From: the human T2T-CHM13v2.0 reference genome, Homo sapiens
Direction: 5' to 3' (one strand)
NCBI RefSeq assembly: GCF_009914755.1
Contig: NC_060934.1
Length of the DNA stretch: 64,000 nt
The stretch's first letter is position 1. Each line of letters opens with the position of its first letter. The notes under the pieces are model-generated. The model was not told the origin of the DNA, ran no database searches, and worked only from the letters and a program-made list of their open reading frames with translations. Made by a program: the position numbers and the translations under genes. Positions 52,214 to 64,000 of this stretch are shown in pieces.

Positions 52214-52819
52214 TGAAGCGGCTATGTTGTCTGGGGTATATATCCTGGGGTTCACTGTCATGCACCAGGAAAATTTAGGACACACACATGAGGAGTTTAG
52301 GAACAGAGGTTTAATAGGCAAAGGAGAAGAGAAGGAGAAACAGCTTTCTCTGTAGAGAAAGGGGCCTCCAAGCAGATAGGACTGGCTGGTGGTGAATGTG
52401 CCGGATTTTATAGTCCAGTTTGAGGAGGCAGTGTCTAATTTACATAGGGCCAGAGATTGGTTTGATCAGGTATGACATTTACATAGTGCACGGGGAAGTC
52501 TGGCCGCCCCACTTTAATCTTATTATGCAATTGGGCTTTCCAGTTGATGAGCATCATCTTGTCTGCTCCTTACAGTACATGTGGCTGTCAGAGAAGGGAA
52601 GATTGAACCACCATTTTGAACATATCTAGTCCTTAGTTCTTGCCGGCATTCCCCTGTGCGAGCTCCCAGCTTGCTTGTCTATGTCTGCAGCTCAACTTTA
52701 CAGGCCGCTCTTTGTGAGAAAATGATTTGGGGCTGCTTTTCATTAAAAAGAAAAGCCTTACTGAGGACTTCTGTACCCTGACTATCTGCCTACATGATTT
52801 CTTCTTAACTCCTATATCA
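52214..52819 (-). mobile_element. ERV1 MER4-group solo LTR (MER50/LTR43-like)
   Basis: Minus strand TGATATAGGAGTTAAGAAGAAA...CCCCAGACAACATAGCCGCTTCA; 4-bp TSD ACAC/ATAC. Confidence 0.85.
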
Positions 52820-52849
52820 ATACATTCTGCTGTTATAGTATGACTGATG

Positions 52850-53310
52850 GGATCTTGCCCAAGAAAAGAGCTCAAGGCCTCAAAAAAGTCACATAGAAAA
52901 AAATGCCTATTGCTGTAATATTTACAATAATGAGCAAGTTGGAAGTAATTTGTTGGAAGCATCCAACACTAGTGGAATGGTGCAGAAAATTGTGGTGACA
53001 TCACTTCATGGAATATTATCTGGCTAATAAAAGTAAGAACTACACAATCTGTCTAGGAACATGAAAAATTTTTATAAACAAGTCTTATGATAAAATGTTC
53101 AACAAAAAGGGTATAAAAATATGCTTCAATTATGACAACTTTGTAAACATGTATATAAATACATCTAGTGAACATGGAAAAATAAGTACTGTGCTCAATG
53201 GTGGGATTATGAGCATTTTTCTTCTTTTCCAAACATTTATATTTTATAAAAAGGTTGTGTGTGTGTGTATGCATGTAGAGAGAGGGAAAATTATACTATA
53301 ATTTTTAAAA
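52850..53310 (+). mobile_element. Old L1ME-like 3' remnant
   Basis: TTTACAATAA..AATTGTGGT..ATGGAATATTAT. Confidence 0.55.
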
Positions 53311-54144
53311 CACAAGAAAAATGAATATACTTCTGGAAATGTCATAAAACATAAAACTAGTGAAGGCCATTGTACAATATTTCATGCAAGAAATTCCCCT
53401 AAATTGCAATACTTTGAGAGCTGTCACAGCTCCATGGTACAAACGTCAGGCTCTCCAGAGGCAGCTGACTCTACAGAGTGGAAGTTGGTCTTGCCACAAA
53501 GATTTCCCTTCATAATTTCAGGAGTTGAGCTGTCCTAATCCTGGAAAGCAGGGGACCACATTGGCCTTCACAGACCATCAGAAACTCCAGCCTCCCTTTC
53601 AGGTTCTTTCTTCTTATTTTATTCAACAAAACCACTTTAAGCCAATGAGTTCCAGGAAACAACAGGACAAACATTAGCGTCTTTACCCAAAGCAGCCATT
53701 TTAACCACAGGCACTACTCAAATTCCACAGTGAAGACCAAATGTAATTGATTTCCAGTAGCTCGTGAGGATGAGTGTGCACTACCAACTTCCCGTAAAAC
53801 AGAACTTCACATATTTCTTACCAAAATATGTTGTCTTTCAGCAGCAGCAAGAATTGAATAGACTTTTAGCAACAGTCCTTTTTTAGGGAAAACATAACTG
53901 GATTACTGCATAGTAAATCCTGCATTACAGTTAACAGAATTTCATTCACCTTTCAGCAATATTTGACACAAATGACCACTCCTTCCTTGAAACAGGTCTC
54001 AACCGTTGAACTCTGGCACCCTTGAACATAATGAAAAGACTACAGTGATCCATTTCAACCAACAAATGTAATTATGTAATAAACTACAGTATAATCTTAT
54101 GGATGATATAAGGCTAATTTAGGTAGCTTAAGCCAAACAGTGAT

Positions 54145-54295
54145 AATATTATTAATAACAATACAGCTTGCATTGAGTGAACATCACGTGTCTGGCACTG
54201 CATTGACATTTATTCTTGCCACAACCTTGGGAGTCCCATTATTATCTCTGTTTTATAGATGGACAAACTGAGGCCTAGTGAGCCTAAGTAACTAG
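54145..54295 (-). mobile_element. MIR remnant
   Basis: TTTTATAGATGGACAAACTGAGGC..TAAGTAACT. Confidence 0.75.
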
Positions 54296-54904
54296 ATATC
54301 TCTCTCTCTCTCTCTTGTTTCCAGAGTCCTCTCCATTCTCTGATACCATTTTTGTGTGTTGCTTCTCTACCTGTCACTGGATTGAATCAGGAGACTTCAG
54401 CATTTTGCCAATAGTATGCTATCCACATCCTTCAGGTTTTGAAAAGTACTTTCATATTTAGAACGACTTGGGGCACATGTTATAATTTAATTATTTGTTC
54501 TATCCATCTCATGAGGGTAATAACCATTCCTGAAGGCCTGAAGAATGGGATCTGCCAGAATTGGCCCAGCCCTTCCTGAATCCTTGAGGAATTCAGGAAA
54601 TGATTTTCTGTAGGCCGATCCTTGGACAGATGCATCAGTTTACTTTCTCAGCAACTTTACTTATCAACACAATCTGTTATTGTTGAAAGAAAACCACAAG
54701 CAAGAGAATCATGTAAATCTTTCCTAAAGCCTGTGAGGTAGCTCTTATTCCCTAATTTCACACATAACAACGTAATGTTCTATAGCTGTGCACCTAAGTC
54801 TTATATACTTGCCATGTAATTCAAGGTTGCCAAATACCTGATAGGCAAATAGCCACTTCCCTGTTTTGTGCCTCTATTAGGCATCATTAATCGTTCATGG
54901 CATT

Positions 54905-55372
54905 TGTCTTAGGTTAGGTGCTCCAGAAACAGACACTGAGATGAAGAATTGAGTTTAAGAAATGGATTTGACTTACCAGGAAGCTGTGGTAAGTGAATGG
55001 GGAAGCAAGACAAGGACCAGAAAGAAACCAGTGTCTGGCGCATTAGTGAGCAGGTTAACTCCATAGGCAGGTGGGGCTCAGGCCTGCCGGGGGACCTGTG
55101 CAGGGCACACAGAGCATGCCTCAGAGTTCCCCTCCACAAGGGCATGAGGTCTAGGATATTTTCCCACCAACTCCAACCAGTCTTTGACTGTTCCCAGGGT
55201 CATTAAGAGCCAGGCACTTTCTGCCTGCTCTATGCACACTAATGAAGAGAGTTCCAGAGGACACTGAAAGTCCCTAAGCAAGGTGTTTGCAGTTGGAAGT
55301 TCCAGAGTCAGCAAACGCTGAACCACTGGGTACTAAGGAGATGTGGACAGGGCTTTAAGAGGGTTGGCCACA
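54905..55372 (-). mobile_element. Old ERVL LTR (LTR33-like)
   Basis: TGTCTTAGGTTAGGTGCTCCAGAAACAGACACTGAGA, the reverse of the LTR33/LTR16-type 3' terminus. Confidence 0.6.
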
Positions 55373-55624
55373 CTATTTCCTACTGCCTCCAAAAGTAGTT
55401 CTTCATACACCCTCCAAATGGCTACTGCCATTCAGCTGGAACTGGTAAGCAAACTGAAAGCTCCTGGCCATTTGGGTTCTGACTTTACTAATTTGTAAAT
55501 GTAGATAATTTATCTTCTGACTAGATAATAGGTAGATTACAAATGTTGGCCATGTGTAATATAGCCTGTGATTTCTAACAGAAAAGGGACAGTTTAAACC
55601 CTTATAGTTTCTAACAGAGAAAGG

Positions 55625-55860
55625 GCAGTGTGGTGTAGCAGTTAAGGGCACAGACTGTGGCATCGGAACTTGGTGGTTCCCCTCCTAGCTGCTGGCTGTG
55701 CAAGACAATTGTCACATGACCTTGGGCAAATTACTTAACTACTTCATGCTTCAGTATTTTCAGCGGATAACTTAGGAACAAAACAGAATCCCATAGGTGT
55801 TTCTAAGAATTAAATGAGTATCTGCCTGCTTATCTATCTATCTATCTATCTATCTATCTG
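55625..55860 (+). mobile_element. MIR followed by (TATC)n at about 55831-55859
   Basis: CAGTGTGGTGTAGCAGTTAAG..TGACCTTGGGCAAATTACTTAAC. Confidence 0.75.
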
Positions 55861-57349
55861 GGAAATCTATCTAATCTATCTCTATCACCTTGTAAGCAAT
55901 GTATGTGTAACCTGTTATTATCAATATACTACATATAACTTACAAAGATAAGTAGCAGATCAGATTTTAAAATGCCAGTAGAATGAGCCTTTAGTATTCA
56001 CTTCCCATTCTAAATGGCAACTCTTAAGTCATTGGGTGATCCAGAGACTGGGCTCATTTCACTATACTTGATAATTCATGCAGGAAAAAAGACAGAGAAA
56101 TAATATGTCCACTCTCTAGAGGAATGTAGACCCAGTTCCTAGAATCCAGGGGAGAAAAGTGTTCTGTTTTTCAATTTATATAAAAATAAAAATTTCCTGA
56201 AAGCAGAACTAGGGATCTTGTCCCCGGGTTTCTTTAAATATGAGAGCTGAAAGCACCTCCCTTTCTATTGCTTTCATCTAGTAAGTGGACCGTAGGCTTC
56301 TACAATGAGACAGACGTGAACCTCAGGTCTTCAGAGCCTGCACTCTGTAGCCATTCTCTTAGAATCTGAAATCACTGATGATATAAGGGCAGATATATGA
56401 CAAGTTAAGCCACATTATTTAAATTACCCGTTTTCTCCTTTGGGAAATAAACCAAGCCAGTGGGGCATCTGACTTTACAGAGAATATGTGTTGTCTTTAA
56501 CCTACTGATTCAGCTCGATTTTAGGCTTGGGAAAGGGATCAGTTGTGCAGGACAAAACATAAATCCCCCTTCTTCTACTCCCTTACAACTGTGCCTGATA
56601 GGTCACCAAGCCTCATTGGACATAAAATTCTTTGTGTGAGGAAATCCCCAGGAATCTATGCATATATTGGACAAGAAATGTTCACATCCTGAGATTAAAA
56701 TCACTGAGGATGTATTTTCCTCCTCACTTTCTCCCTTTCCCTTCCCCTGTGATCAGAGATACACCTTGAATGACTTACAGCTCAATGCCCAGAGCGAGGC
56801 AGACAGTAGCACTTGGAACCCACATGATACAGTCATTTTATAGCTGTTTCAAAAGTAAATTATGCTTCACCTCCATGTGTTTTAGAATTTAAATTAATTT
56901 CCCTTTGTAAGGGAGATGTCTGTGTCAAACGACAACCTATAAAATTTTAGACTAGCTATATCTGCTAATAAAAAATAATTATGAATCTTTGATGCTTAAT
57001 TCTAGAGTTCTGGTAAGAGAGGGAGGTGTTAAATGACTTGGAAGCTGACATAAGGAGAAATCCAATTGGAAAATGAAGCGTATTTTTAAAAGGCAAGCAA
57101 TATGAAGTCACATCATACAGTTTTTTTTTCTTTTTACAGGAAGATGCTCAGAAGTTAGCAGGGATTGTCAGGAAACTAAGGGGCAATGCCAAAAGCCAGT
57201 GAAATACTTGTTTGTCTACCCTAAATATCAACTGCAGCTTTGGTGGATGATTCCCACAAAGACTGATGGCTTCTGATCTCAAGGACAGGTGTCACTCTGC
57301 TTGAAGCCTTTTTCTGCCTATCAAAGGCTATAAACGAAGGGAGTTAAAG

Positions 57350-58616
57350 CTCTCAGGAGCCATTCACAGCCAACAAGAGACAGAATGTAGAGGATAATAT
57401 CTCAGGCTTCTTATCTGCGAGACAATCTGGCAACTGAAATGCCAGCTTGGAGGAAATATTCTGAAAGAATGGGATGCATCCTTCAGGAGGCAGTACATTT
57501 ACAGAGACGTAAGGCACCATTTCCAATAAGAAGTACACATGGGTGCAGGAACCAAGGGATGGAAACAGGAGTGTCTCCATGTATCACTCCCAATGTGTTT
57601 CCTGTCCTTGAAACCCTAGGCTCTGCAGGATTGCAGGTCTTGGTCCTGTAGGGGACACATTCTACAAAGGGGACACAGCAAAGTCACCATTGAAGTACAA
57701 GTTATGGCTGTCAGCAGGGCACTTTCCACCCTTTGCCGTGGGATTGCAGGTGAAAAGAATTACCATACTGATATGTAATTGTCCTCGACCAGCAGGAGGG
57801 TAGAGCTGCTTTTACACAATGGAGACAGGAAGGATACATGGGGAACCCAAGCGATCTATGAAACAACCTCCTGGCACTGCGTATTAACTGTGAACAGACA
57901 GGTGCAACATCCCTACACTAAGAAGGGTATGAAAATCAACTTTTCATGTGGTTCAGATACAAAGATCTGGATCACACTACCAGATAGGCTACCATGACCC
58001 GTCAAGGTAACAACTCAGGATGAGAGGGATTTAGAATGGATAATGGATGAAGAAGAGGGTACTTACCAGCTGTGGCACCAAGGTCAACAGCAGCCAGGGC
58101 ATCTGTAAATCATCCCACTAACCTCCTTCATCTGTTCCATCAGGAAGAAGAAAGCCCAGTGGAGGAGTTGCTCCCTGCACCTGCATGGACAAGTCCAAGG
58201 TGTGGATTGTGGAGGTCACGTAAATATGTCTCAAGGACCTCTTACTACAGACAGTGTAATCACCAGACACCCCAGATGCTTCACTTTGAAATTATCATAG
58301 CATTTGTGCTGAGGCCATGCTAAACCCATGAGTAGGATGTGAAGGCAGACCCATTCCTGCAGCTAAGGATTTCTTTGTTGCCCAACATTGGCTGAATGAC
58401 TCCCTACTGGCTTAGAATGCAGAGCAGTCTAAGACACTTCCACACAATTTTCTCTCCCCTCTCCCTCACTCTGGGTCTGATTTGCACAGCAGGTGGCTCT
58501 TCAACCTTCTCCAGTTCCCTACTGACCTCCTTTCACACAAATATTTCTCTTAATAAAATCCTCATGACTTTCATTTAGTCTTGGTGTCTGCTTTTCAGAG
58601 GACCTGGATTGACACA
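57350..58616 (+). mobile_element. ERVL (HERV16/ERV3-16A3-like) 3' internal remnant plus LTR16-type LTR (58208-58616)
   Basis: Peptide FPVLETLGSAGLQVLV resembles the ERV-L integrase/dUTPase junction; LTR ends AATAAAATCC..TCTTGGTGTCTGCTT..GACACA. Confidence 0.7.
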
Positions 58617-59646
58617 AGGACACTTAATTTTCAGTGGGAATACAAAGGACTTTCATCTCAGTAGACCACTGAGCTTACACAAGCTGTTCTTGACCACATT
58701 GAGGAGTTGGGGTTACCTTTGGGAAGAGGTGGCCAAGTATTTTACTTTGCTTTGGAAAGCTGCCCCACTGAGACAGAGAAGGCCTTCCCTGTTTTGGGCA
58801 GTGGAGGCAGACTAGAAAATGTGCCATTTCTCCAATGGACCAGAAACTCCTTCAGTCAGTGTTAGACATTTTTCTGTTAACACTTATCTGGCAGCAACTG
58901 ACAATATTTCACTTTTTTGACAATTAAAAACCTACTAATGTAGTACCAGCACTTGCCCATCCTTCACACCTAATGGCATAGAACTTTATTAGATGGTGAT
59001 TATCTAAAACCAAATCTGTCTCAGTCACATAAATGCACATAAGCTCAAAAAAAGAAAATGGACTCTATAAGTATATGAAGCATGCTCCAAAAAGAAAAAA
59101 AAACTCAACTGAAAAAGAGGTATTTATCTTTGCTATTCTAGAAGGTTTTTAGACTGAAGGTATAAAACATGTCATACAAATAAGGAAATAATGTGATTCT
59201 TAGGGCACCAAGTTAATCTGTCTTTTGAAATAGAGAGAATTTTCAGTTTGCTTCAGACATGAGATGAAAATAAAATGAGGCATAGAGGAAAGAAATGAAC
59301 CCATCAGTAAATAAAGGAAGGGGGCTATTTGTGTGGATTACTTTATAAGGGAAGCAGAAAAGTGGGGTGAAGAATGCAGAAGAAAGTATATTAGTCGAGG
59401 GATACCCAATAGGCAAAGTGAACACTGGCTTAGTGCACTAGAAAAGCAGGAGTACCAAAAATAGAAAAAGTTAAGAAAGGCTAGAAAGATATTTTAATAT
59501 TGGCTTACACTTATATTTTGTAAAATTTTGAAAATTTACATTTTATAACTTGTCACTTAGTATTCATTCCTATAACGCATGGCATGCACAACTGTCTTTG
59601 TAGTACTTAGAGTCTTTGAGAGATTTCATCTGGCCTGGGTTAGGGT

Positions 59647-59647
<1 letters not shown>

Positions 59648-59700
<53 letters not shown>

Positions 59701-59707
59701 TGTGTGT
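59648..59707. repeat. (TG)n microsatellite, about 30 units
   Basis: Read directly from the sequence. Confidence 0.95.
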
Positions 59708-60109
59708 CTGAAGAGGGAGAAAGAGAATTTGGGGAGTAGGAGTACTTTATAGGATGAAGAAAGTAAACTTATGCTATCTAGTAAGTAACTCAGGATCTCT
59801 GAAATGTAGTCTTTCACAATCAGTCTTCCACCTAGCTTTGTTTTAAAAGAAGTGGACCTTTCCTTAAGAGATGGCTTCTAACTCTGTTTCTTCCAACTTC
59901 CATTCTTTCTTCCTATTTTATTTCTGCATCCCATTTTTATGCATGCATAGTCTCATGTGTAATATTGTCATCCTTTCTGAATAAAAAGAAAGGCATTTAA
60001 AGTGATATGATTATTTTTCTCAGAATCTCAAAATATTTAACAGCTCATTATGCTCCATAGTGCCCTGGAGGGGAAAGAAAGACAATTAGACAGTAGAAGG
60101 GGAGAGAAA

Positions 60110-64000
<3,891 letters not shown>

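Noticed and set aside
54573-54599. 9-bp-stem hairpin TTCCTGAAT..ATTCAGGAA
   Set aside because: Too short to be significant without conservation data

Overview
Primate (very probably human) non-coding DNA, intergenic or deep-intronic. By hand estimate 60-65% of it is transposable elements, and I can identify no host protein-coding exon, RNA gene or prokaryote-type system. The main structure is a near-complete, decayed minus-strand ERV-L provirus (MLT2 LTRs, gag-pro-pol-dUTPase, no env) at 2144-15781. Three younger elements are nested inside it: a THE1D solo LTR splitting the RT gene, a full-length L1PA2 (intact antisense ORF0, ORF1 stop, ORF2 with EN D205H and a late frameshift), and a trimeric Alu. 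The rest of the window holds two two-LTR THE1 elements (one internally deleted), a 5'-truncated L1PA5-like copy inside Tigger2a, a second L1PA4-6 with an intact 5' end that runs off the window, an AluY inside MER47, MER50-like, LTR16, LTR33 and MLT1 LTRs, older L1M, L2 and MIR remnants, and microsatellites. Most ORF-track entries are chance ORFs in repeats. Subfamily names come from remembered consensus features, not a database search. I found no convincing new biological system; the best leads are TE-architecture and TE-regulatory observations.
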